Shown here: in pieces, positions 56,442 to 64,000 of the stretch
Numbering within the stretch: position 1 is the stretch's first letter
Layout: each line of letters opens with the position of its first letter
Assembly (NCBI GenBank): GCA_964428655.1
Contig: CAYRYE010000001.1
Location: 376,406 to 440,405, forward strand
Reading direction: 5' to 3'
Source of the DNA: an uncultured Gammaproteobacteria bacterium
GTDB lineage: Bacteria; Patescibacteriota; Microgenomatia; UBA12405; JAHJSD01
DNA length: 64,000 nt
The notes under the pieces: generated by a model
What the model was told of the DNA's origin: nothing
What the model saw: the letters and a program-made list of their open reading frames with translations, nothing else
Databases searched by the model: none
Position numbers and translations under genes: made by a program

Positions 56442-57496
56442 AAAAACTACAAGAATGTTTTAAAAAACTCAAAAATATAAGATTTTATAAATTTATCCTA
56501 TTGCTTTGTTTGTTTATCTTTTGGCTTGGTTTTTTTATTTGGCATTTTGGTGATATAAAAATTACCCAATGGGGGGACATCCCGTTAACTACTAGTAACT
56601 TTTTGGAATCATACTATTGGACTAAAAAGATAATTTTTTGGGATAAAACTTTGGAGCTGATCGAAGAGAAGGTCAATGAAGAAAATTTGAAAAAATTGTT
56701 GCTTGAAGCCTATGTTGAGGCAATTCCAGTTAATCAGTGGTGGTCACCTCTAAGAGGAGATAAGGTGAAAGCTTTAAGGGATTTATTTGATTTTTATCGG
56801 GAAAATGAGGACTGTTTAGTTTTGGAAAAAGCCGCCTTTGAGTTTATTAAAATAAATTCTGACCATCCCGATGGTTATTTCAATTTAGGACTTGCTCTAG
56901 AAAAACAAGGTAAACTTAACCAAGCAGCGGAAAATTACAGAAGGACGCTTTCTTTAGAAAAAACTCATCTGGCGGCAATTAAACAGCTCTCTTCCATTCT
57001 TATTGAGAAGGATAGGTATTATGAAGCAAAGGAGGTTATTTCAGCTTATGAAACCAGAGTAGATTTAGTTGATCGGACTTTTTGCTTCTATTCAGATGAT
57101 GATAATTTCGCCGAGGGAGGAAAAAGTTGCGGCAGTAGATTTTTAGATGGTAAATATGTAATACGGATTGATAATAAAAATGTGAACATTAAAATGATAA
57201 GAATTGACCCCCCTCAAGGAAAGTTGTTTTTGCAAAAAATAGAGTTTGTTTCTCCTGGCGGCAAAGTGGAAAAAACAATAGATAGTTTTAGGGGATGGAT
57301 TATGTCAAAAGACTTAAAAAAAGTGGATGATCATAATTTCTATAGTATAGGTAGTGACCCTTATCTCTACATTAAATTATCGACTCATCTCGATTTTTCC
57401 CAATTCGACCAAGTTTTAATTGAGGCATCAATTGATCCGGATACTGACCCAGAAATAGATGTTTTATTGAAAGAGATAGAAGATAAAATTTCCTAG
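56438..57496 (+). CDS. Membrane-anchored TPR protein with C-terminal beta-rich (possible carbohydrate-binding) domain
   Basis: N-terminal TM, YFNLGLALEKQGKLNQAAENYRRTL TPR, IRIDP/DPY motifs. Confidence 0.7.
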   Translation: MKKLQECFKKLKNIRFYKFILLLCLFIFWLGFFIWHFGDIKITQWGDIPLTTSNFLESYYWTKKIIFWDKTLELIEEKVNEENLKKLLLEAYVEAIPVNQWWSPLRGDKVKALRDLFDFYRENEDCLVLEKAAFEFIKINSDHPDGYFNLGLALEKQGKLNQAAENYRRTLSLEKTHLAAIKQLSSILIEKDRYYEAKEVISAYETRVDLVDRTFCFYSDDDNFAEGGKSCGSRFLDGKYVIRIDNKNVNIKMIRIDPPQGKLFLQKIEFVSPGGKVEKTIDSFRGWIMSKDLKKVDDHNFYSIGSDPYLYIKLSTHLDFSQFDQVLIEASIDPDTDPEIDVLLKEIEDKIS

Positions 57497-57501
57497 TTAA
57501 A

Positions 57502-60500
57502 ATGAAAAATATTGAAACAAAGAAAAAAATAATTCAGATTTTTTTAGGTTCCTGGATCGCTATTTCAATTATTTTTATGGCCTTGTCCTTATATGCCTTT
57601 GGCCAAAGTGTGGCAGAATATAGACATTTTGCCACTTTCAATGACTGGAAATCATTTCAAACAGCTAATGCTAAAAATTTTTTCAAGAATAACTTTTATT
57701 ATTTTAAGGGCAGGTTAAAAAAAGTTTTTATTAGTAATAATTCTATTCGGGAAAGATTGAAAGAGAATGGTTTCGATTATATTAATTTAGAAACCCTTCC
57801 AGCAGACTTACACTCCCTGGATTCTGACTTACCAGCTAGTGGTAGAAGCTATATCGAGGGGGAAATTAATTTAGAAAAAGGAAAAAAGGAACCGGTTCTG
57901 CTTAAGTATCGCGGTGACAATTTTTATCATTGGGGCTTTCCTAAAAAATCTTTCAAAATAAAATTTGATGACGATAGGATTATTAATCTTATTAACCCAA
58001 AAGAAATTGATTTTATTGCTGATAAAATTGCCTTTAATTTAGCTGAGGAAATGGGTCTTTATTTTTCTGGAGTAAAGTTTACTGGTTTATTCATAAACAA
58101 TGACTTTAAAGGGATATTTCTTGAGACAGAGGAGCCAAATACTGAGTATATCCGAAATCACTCACTTCCTTTTAGGGCCGTTTTTCAAGGAGAGAGCATT
58201 GGTCCGGACAGACAGGGTCTAGGTTTATTTCAAGACTCGAATAAATGGGATCTTGATGGTGGCTATTTGTCTAAGAAAAGCCTAGAGCCCTTTCTAAGGG
58301 CTCTGAATGAGGGAAATTTCAAAGGAATTTATCAAAATATTAACTTTGACTACTGGGTTAATTTCTATACTTTTGTCTCACTTATTCAAAATAGCCATTT
58401 TGATGATGCTCACAACTGGTTTTGGGGCGTTCATGGAGATCGTTTTTACCCTATTGTTTGGGATCCTGTCGGTTGGGTTATGAGAACTGGCTCTGGTGAA
58501 GGGGTAGAGGAAATGAAATCCATGATTTCTCAAACTTTTCGGAAAAATGTCTATTTCTCTAGTAGTTTTTCTCATCAACTCTGGCAACGAGTTAATGACT
58601 CCGGATTATTGGAAAGAATGTTTCAGGAAATGGATGAAATCAGTCTTTCTTTAGAAAATGTTTTGGACTACGATTTTTATAAAGGGGGCATATTTGGTAA
58701 TTCCAAGGGGGCTAGGTCACCTCAGACTACGGAAGAGATCCTAGAGGAAATTGCTGGCTTAAGGTCAAAAATTCAAGACAGGTTTGATTTTCTTAAGAAT
58801 GCTCTGTCTAAGGCTTCTGCTAGTTATTATATTGATGATAGGGATAATTGGTTGTATCTCCAGTACTCTGGTATTGCTCCCGCCGAAATAAAACAGATTT
58901 ATAGGGGGGTTCCCTTTGTCAATTATTCAACAGTTGAAGTTTTTAATAATTTGCAATATTTCCCCCTCCCCTTAGATTTAAACCAAATTGTTTCCGGTCG
59001 AGTTTCTGCTGGCGGCCCCTTTCCTTATGCAAAAGTTTGTCCAATGAGTTACCGAGTTAAGGTTAATTCTCGTCTCGGAGGTTTAATTGAGCCAAAATTA
59101 GTTAATTCTTTGAGCAAGGAAGAAATTGATCTTAAAGAGGTTAATGAATTTTCTCCTACTGACTGCATGATGGATTTTACCAGTCCAGGTGAGACTAAAT
59201 TTGGAAAACAAACAATTAATAATCAAAAAAGGGAAAATAATAGTCTTGAAATAACATTTTCTACCATTAATCCGGCTGATTATTTTGATTTTGACAGAAA
59301 TGATGAGGATGAAACTAAAATGACTTTGGGGGCTGAAAAATATGATAAAGTTTTCTTTAAAAAGGAAGAATTTAGTAAAAATATAGAACTAGAATTTAAA
59401 AAGCAGGAATATTTAGGAAGAGAGAATTGGTATTTGTCGCCTATTGATTTTAATAGCGGTTTTCTTTTCTATAGCCAGAGTTTGGCCCGGTCTCTGGGTT
59501 TTCCAATAAAGAAGCAGGAATTACTAAGTGTTTTTGGTAACGAATTCTATATTGGTGAATACTTCTTAAAAGAAGCAGCTGAGAATAAGGCCTTTTTTGA
59601 GGTTAATGGCTTAACTTTTGACACCGATATTTACAAGCTTGAAGGGGAAGATAGTCTCAAGAGGAAAAATTGGCAGAAGATTTCCACTGACCCGCGAAAA
59701 GAAGTTGATGATGATGAAACTTTAAAGGGTCTTTTAGACTCTTTAAATGATCCAAATGCCCTATTTAAAATTATTGATTGGCAAAATTTTGCTAATTTTT
59801 ATTCTTATCTAATTTTAGCCAGAGATGAGTTTCCTCAATATTTGCTTTATTTTGATAATACCCTAGGGAGGTTTAAGTTTATTCCTGATAAGGAAAAGTT
59901 TTATAGAGCAAATCAGGGATTTGATATTTATGACCCTTTGGTTCAGGAAATTTTAAAAAAAGACTTTGTTTGGGAAATTTTAGCCGAAAAAATTGGGAGG
60001 GATATTGATGGCATTTTATCTAAGATAATCCAGCAATATCAAGGGACAGGGAAACAATATCAAGAGAAAATCGAAAACAGTTTTGTTTATTGGAGTGATT
60101 CAGATGAAGGGCAAGGGCGAGAGTATTTTACTAATCAAGAGAAAATATTAAGAAATAATTTCTCAATCCTTAATGGGAAGGCGCAAGAATTAGTTGAAAG
60201 AAAAGATGAATCACTGATCCAGGAAATGATAGAAAGTTCTCAAAAAGAATTCTGGCAAAAAGATTCAATCTTTACCCTAGGGGATGAAGATAAAGTTATT
60301 TTGATCAAGGAGGGAAACCATTCTATTAAAAAGGATGTTATTATTCCTCCTGGACTAACTGTTGTTATTGAGCCGGGGGCAGTATTAGAAATGGGTTCAA
60401 AAGCCTCTATTGTTTCTCTTTCCCCAATAATAGCTGAGGGAACAGAGGATAAGCCAATAAAAGTGATTCCCTTAAAGGAAAAAAAGCCCTGGGGAGTAAT

Positions 60501-61152
60501 TGCTGTTTTAGGAACAGGTAGTCGAGAATCTCAGTTTGAGCAGATGATTTTTCAAGGAGGATCAGAAACATTTCTGAATAATGTCTATTTATCAGGCCAA
60601 CTTTCTATTTATCATGCTGACGTCTTGATTAGGGATTGCCAATTTTTAGAAGCAAAGGCAGATGATTCTTTAAATTTAAAATATGGCAAATTTTTAATAG
60701 AGAGTAGCTTTTTTGGAGAAAACAATGCTGATGCAATTGATCTTGATTTTGTCACCGGAGAGGTCATTAATAGTACTTTCGAAAAAAATGGTAACGATTC
60801 TATTGATGTTTCTGGGGCGAGAGTTTTGATCAAAAATAATACCATTAGCAACTCAGGAGACAAGTGCATTAGCATTGGAGAGGAGAGTGAAACAGAGGTT
60901 GTTGCTAATGTTTTAGATAGTTGTAGCATTGGTATTGAGATAAAGGATAGTTCAGTCGCCCATATCGAGGATAACCAAATTATTAATAATAATATTGGTA
61001 TTAATGCCTATCAAAAGAAAGTTTTCTTTGAGGGAGGAAGAGGAGAGGTCTACACTACCATTTTTGATAACAATCGAGAAGATATTGATTACAAAAATAC
61101 TTCTACTGGTGTTAAATTTGATACTGATAATTCAGAGATAGTTGTCCATTAA
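57502..61152 (+). CDS. CotH-kinase-family protein (one intact and one degenerate CotH-like domain) with right-handed beta-helix
   Basis: N-terminal TM; KYRGD..HW...KKSFKIK, HNW, PIVWD; second copy YLLYFD...FKFIPD; C-terminal DAIDLD/DSIDVSG/DKCISIGE beta-helix. Confidence 0.75.
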   Translation: MKNIETKKKIIQIFLGSWIAISIIFMALSLYAFGQSVAEYRHFATFNDWKSFQTANAKNFFKNNFYYFKGRLKKVFISNNSIRERLKENGFDYINLETLPADLHSLDSDLPASGRSYIEGEINLEKGKKEPVLLKYRGDNFYHWGFPKKSFKIKFDDDRIINLINPKEIDFIADKIAFNLAEEMGLYFSGVKFTGLFINNDFKGIFLETEEPNTEYIRNHSLPFRAVFQGESIGPDRQGLGLFQDSNKWDLDGGYLSKKSLEPFLRALNEGNFKGIYQNINFDYWVNFYTFVSLIQNSHFDDAHNWFWGVHGDRFYPIVWDPVGWVMRTGSGEGVEEMKSMISQTFRKNVYFSSSFSHQLWQRVNDSGLLERMFQEMDEISLSLENVLDYDFYKGGIFGNSKGARSPQTTEEILEEIAGLRSKIQDRFDFLKNALSKASASYYIDDRDNWLYLQYSGIAPAEIKQIYRGVPFVNYSTVEVFNNLQYFPLPLDLNQIVSGRVSAGGPFPYAKVCPMSYRVKVNSRLGGLIEPKLVNSLSKEEIDLKEVNEFSPTDCMMDFTSPGETKFGKQTINNQKRENNSLEITFSTINPADYFDFDRNDEDETKMTLGAEKYDKVFFKKEEFSKNIELEFKKQEYLGRENWYLSPIDFNSGFLFYSQSLARSLGFPIKKQELLSVFGNEFYIGEYFLKEAAENKAFFEVNGLTFDTDIYKLEGEDSLKRKNWQKISTDPRKEVDDDETLKGLLDSLNDPNALFKIIDWQNFANFYSYLILARDEFPQYLLYFDNTLGRFKFIPDKEKFYRANQGFDIYDPLVQEILKKDFVWEILAEKIGRDIDGILSKIIQQYQGTGKQYQEKIENSFVYWSDSDEGQGREYFTNQEKILRNNFSILNGKAQELVERKDESLIQEMIESSQKEFWQKDSIFTLGDEDKVILIKEGNHSIKKDVIIPPGLTVVIEPGAVLEMGSKASIVSLSPIIAEGTEDKPIKVIPLKEKKPWGVIAVLGTGSRESQFEQMIFQGGSETFLNNVYLSGQLSIYHADVLIRDCQFLEAKADDSLNLKYGKFLIESSFFGENNADAIDLDFVTGEVINSTFEKNGNDSIDVSGARVLIKNNTISNSGDKCISIGEESETEVVANVLDSCSIGIEIKDSSVAHIEDNQIINNNIGINAYQKKVFFEGGRGEVYTTIFDNNREDIDYKNTSTGVKFDTDNSEIVVH

Positions 61153-61153
61153 A

Positions 61154-61903
61154 ATGAAACGATCAAAAACAAAATTAGGATTAAATTTTCGCCGCTTTGA
61201 GTTTAAATACTTAATGCCAGCTAAATTGGCTGATATTATTGTTGCCTCTATTGTTCACTATACCAATATTGATCCCTATATTGAGAAAGAAGACTTTTAT
61301 TATGTTAATAGTATATATCTGGATAGCAATGACTTCTTTTTTTATCAAGAAAAGTTAAGCGGTTTGAAGAATAGAAAAAAGTATCGACTGAGATTTTACG
61401 GAGAAGAGATTTATCCTCCCAAGCAACCTTTATTTTTTGAGATTAAAAGGAGGGTGGATGCCGTAATAATAAAAAACAGGACGGTAGTAAGGTTAAAACA
61501 TTTGAGGGCAATAAATCTTTCTAATTGGCAGGATGTTGCTCAAGAAAATCAGAAATTTTTCACTGAGTTCTATCATGACTATCGTTGGTTTGGTCTCAAG
61601 CCAGGTCTTTTTGTTAGGTATAAAAGAAAGCCCTTTTTTTCAAAATTTGACCGCAATTTTAGGGTTACTTTTGACTTCGATCTGCAGGCGGCAAAAGTTA
61701 ATCAATTAACCCCTGGGGTAGTTCATTATAGGAATATTTTAAACAAAGTTGCTGTTATGGAGGTTAAATTCAATGGTATTATCCCCTCTTGGTTTGCTGA
61801 GGTCATTAGGACTAATAACTTGAAACGAGCCCCCTTTTCTAAATATTGTAATTCTTTGAATATCATATATAATTTTGATGACGAGTTACCAATTATTTAT
61901 TAG
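61154..61903 (+). CDS. VTC-domain (polyphosphate polymerase-like, CYTH/TTM fold) protein
   Basis: RFEFKY, SIYLD, KYRLRFY, FEIKRR, RVTFD, MEVKF, FSKY. Confidence 0.85.
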   Translation: MKRSKTKLGLNFRRFEFKYLMPAKLADIIVASIVHYTNIDPYIEKEDFYYVNSIYLDSNDFFFYQEKLSGLKNRKKYRLRFYGEEIYPPKQPLFFEIKRRVDAVIIKNRTVVRLKHLRAINLSNWQDVAQENQKFFTEFYHDYRWFGLKPGLFVRYKRKPFFSKFDRNFRVTFDFDLQAAKVNQLTPGVVHYRNILNKVAVMEVKFNGIIPSWFAEVIRTNNLKRAPFSKYCNSLNIIYNFDDELPIIY

Positions 61904-61915
61904 TTTTACTTTTCT

Positions 61916-62593
61916 ATGAATAATACTAACGCTTTAATTAAGACTTTTAGTAGTCCTCTTGTTACTATCTATTATTTAGGCATTTCTATTGCTGTGGCCT
62001 TTATAATTGCCGTTGTTTATCGGAAAACTCACAGGAGTGTTTCTTATTCGCAATCCTTTGCCAATAGTTTAGTAATGCTTCTTCCAATGGTGGCTTTGAT
62101 AATTAATATTGTTAATACCAATGTTGCTCGGGCAATTGGGGTTTTTGGAGCCTTTTCAGTAACTCGCTTTAGGACGCCGATCAAAGACACTCGGGATATG
62201 GTATATATTTTTTGGTCACTTGCAGTTGGCTTGGCCATTGGAGCGGGTGAAGTAGGAATAGCAGTTACAGCTACCATAGTTTTATCTTTGCTAGCCTATT
62301 TGCTTTATTTAACTAATTTTGGTGCCACTAGTAATTATGACTACACCTTGATAACCAATTTAGATACCCGCCAAGGCAAACTTGAAGATTTAAAGAGGGT
62401 GATTGATAAATACTCGAAAGCAAAAGAAATTATTAATATTCAGTCAGATAAGAATGGGGAAAACCTAGAACTTAGTTCTAACTTGAAGCTAAGGAAGGGT
62501 ATTAAAATAGATGAATTAGTTGGTGAAATCAATAGATTAAAAGGAGTTGGTGAAGTAAATGCGAGTCCTTCACAAGGGGGAATTGAGTTTTAA
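61916..62593 (+). CDS. DUF4956-family membrane protein
   Basis: YSQSF..SL, GAFSVTRFRTPIKD, GLAIGAG; 4-5 TMs plus a small C-terminal soluble domain. Confidence 0.85.
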   Translation: MNNTNALIKTFSSPLVTIYYLGISIAVAFIIAVVYRKTHRSVSYSQSFANSLVMLLPMVALIINIVNTNVARAIGVFGAFSVTRFRTPIKDTRDMVYIFWSLAVGLAIGAGEVGIAVTATIVLSLLAYLLYLTNFGATSNYDYTLITNLDTRQGKLEDLKRVIDKYSKAKEIINIQSDKNGENLELSSNLKLRKGIKIDELVGEINRLKGVGEVNASPSQGGIEF

Positions 62594-62677
62594 CTTTTAG
62601 TTTTTACCCCCCTTCAGCTATTTTTCAAGTAGGTAAATAAGTAGTGGCTTTTAGTAGCTTTGTGGTAAAATTTTGTC

Positions 62678-63979
62678 ATGGATTTGAGAAACAAGAGCAT
62701 TTTGGTGAAAAAATTTATATTAAAGACTGGCAGTAAGATTTTTGGGATTAAAAGAAAGGAAAAAATTTGTCTCCTTATTTTTTTCCTCGGAATAGGCTTA
62801 TTTCTGAGGTTATTATTAATTCCTTTTCTTACCCATGGAGATCTCCTTCGTACCTATAGTAAAGCAATTGTTTTTGCCCTTCAGGGTAGAATTTATAACT
62901 CTAATTTTGGATTTTTTTGGCTATCGCTTCATGCTTTGCCGGTTAAAATATTTTCTTTATTTACGCCTGCGCTTAAAGAGGGATTGATTATAAAGTATAA
63001 TATGGACCCGTTTCGTGATAGTTTATTTTACTCCCATTTAGGCTCCAGGATTTTATTTATCTTTAAGTTTCCTTTCCTAATTTTTGAACTATTATCTGGG
63101 ATTTTAGCTATTAGGCTTTTAGATAAAGAGAGGGAAAAGATAAAGTTTTGGATTTTTTGGATGCTTAACCCAATCATGATTTTTACCCTTTATATTCATG
63201 GAAGAAATGAGGCTGCCCCAATTTTCTTTTTAGCCTTGAGTTTTTTATTAATGAAAAAAAAGAAACTAGCTCTTTCGTTTCTCTCTTTAGGGATGGCAAT
63301 GACATTAAGACTTTATGCTATTTTTTTCCTTCCAGTTTATTTTCTCAAGATTTCGAAGAAATTAGGGAAAAAGATAATTTATCTGGGTTTGGCCCTGACT
63401 CCGTTATTGGCAGATTTAGCAATAATGCGTCTTTTTAAAGATAATAGTTTTTTTTCCGTTGATAAAATTCACTCCATCCCTGAGGTTTTCTTTACTGCTA
63501 ATTTAGAACTGGGCATGACCCAGAAAGCCTCTATCTTAATCGCTATTTTGGTTGGTTTCTATCTTTGGTTGGTTGTTATTAATAATCAGGCAGTAGAAAA
63601 ATGGCAGACTTTTTTTAACCTATCATTTTTAAGTATTTTGCCTTGGTTTTCCCTAGGATTTATTCATCCACAATATTTCGCCTGGCTGTCATTGTTTTTT
63701 GGAATTTTTATCGCTAGAAATAAAAAGATGGTTTTCCCTTATTTAGTTTATTGTTTTTCCTGGCTTTTAATTATTATTGATTTTGGCAGATCATTTACCT
63801 GGTCACTTTTTAAACCGATAGATGTTTTTATATTCGGTAATATTTCCACTACCCCAGAGACGGTTTGGTATAGAATGTTTCCCGATTTTAGCCTGAACTA
63901 TTTAGCTCGATCAATTATGCTTGGATCTTTTTTATTTATTTTTATTTTTAGAAATAAACTATATGAAGAAAGAAGATAG
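62678..63979 (+). CDS. GT-C (GT87-like) membrane glycosyltransferase
   Basis: HGDL, KFPFLIFE, WMLNP....HGRNE, HPQYFAW; related to 9214-11058; TGgTAAAAT 7 nt upstream. Confidence 0.75.
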   Translation: MDLRNKSILVKKFILKTGSKIFGIKRKEKICLLIFFLGIGLFLRLLLIPFLTHGDLLRTYSKAIVFALQGRIYNSNFGFFWLSLHALPVKIFSLFTPALKEGLIIKYNMDPFRDSLFYSHLGSRILFIFKFPFLIFELLSGILAIRLLDKEREKIKFWIFWMLNPIMIFTLYIHGRNEAAPIFFLALSFLLMKKKKLALSFLSLGMAMTLRLYAIFFLPVYFLKISKKLGKKIIYLGLALTPLLADLAIMRLFKDNSFFSVDKIHSIPEVFFTANLELGMTQKASILIAILVGFYLWLVVINNQAVEKWQTFFNLSFLSILPWFSLGFIHPQYFAWLSLFFGIFIARNKKMVFPYLVYCFSWLLIIIDFGRSFTWSLFKPIDVFIFGNISTTPETVWYRMFPDFSLNYLARSIMLGSFLFIFIFRNKLYEERR

Positions 63980-64000
63980 GCTCATTGCCATAAAGTGCTT

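Noticed and set aside
1245-62277. The many 60-140 aa ORFs nested antisense or out of frame within long genes (e.g. 1245-1538, 2357-2692, 30056-30442, 31645-32067, 54206-54511)
   Set aside because: Shadow ORFs wholly overlapping well-supported genes, with no family motifs or promoter geometry
62574-62613. aaggggg...ccccctt inverted repeat as a terminator after DUF4956
   Set aside because: Loop of about 25 nt and no immediate U-tract; too weak to call
1-64000. CRISPR array, rRNA, intact tRNA, IS element, DGR template/variable repeat
   Set aside because: No regularly spaced 25-45 bp repeats, no full cloverleaf, no transposase or reverse transcriptase; the 7291/8157 repeat pair differs at non-adenine positions too, so it is not DGR-like
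63962-64000. Start of a next gene (ATG AAG AAA GAA...) overlapping the last stop
   Set aside because: Plausible, but only 13 codons are visible, so it cannot be supported

Overview
AT-rich bacterial DNA. Its gene repertoire (many GT-C membrane glycosyltransferases, a PsbP-like WKxYxNxxYGFxxxYP protein, DUF5674, near-absence of Shine-Dalgarno sites) suggests Patescibacteria/CPR, probably Microgenomates; this is inference. Almost the whole 64 kb is one cell-surface glycosylation super-locus. It holds two Wzx-type flippases, about 12 GT2 and 3 GT4 transferases, five paralogous ArnT/PMT-like transferases, and GT87-like, PIG-V-like and TMTC-like GT-C enzymes. It also holds SAM methyltransferases, two radical SAM enzymes, a Wzm/Wzt exporter with a methyltransferase fused to Wzt, a sulfotransferase-coiled-coil-GT2-GT2 fusion, a TPR/CotH-kinase/VTC/DUF4956 module and a 1524-aa surface protein. 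A 4.7-kb accessory block (17.4-22.1 kb) interrupts the ArnT-like array; it carries a Cfr-family 23S rRNA methyltransferase, a class III cyclase, an HhH glycosylase-like gene and a DUF5674 pair. Three unannotated layers stand out. (1) At least 11 degenerate 7-nt (one 8-nt) tandem arrays of different sequence sit in frame at equivalent loop positions of paralogous enzymes. (2) Six orphan Arg/Gly-rich microproteins, three with exactly four Cys, are slotted between the glycosylation genes, most with their own promoter. (3) Promoters are pervasively leaderless-type, including a 14-bp palindromic bidirectional one. No rRNA, intact tRNA, CRISPR array, transposase or integrase was seen. All family assignments are from motif recognition by eye, not database searches.
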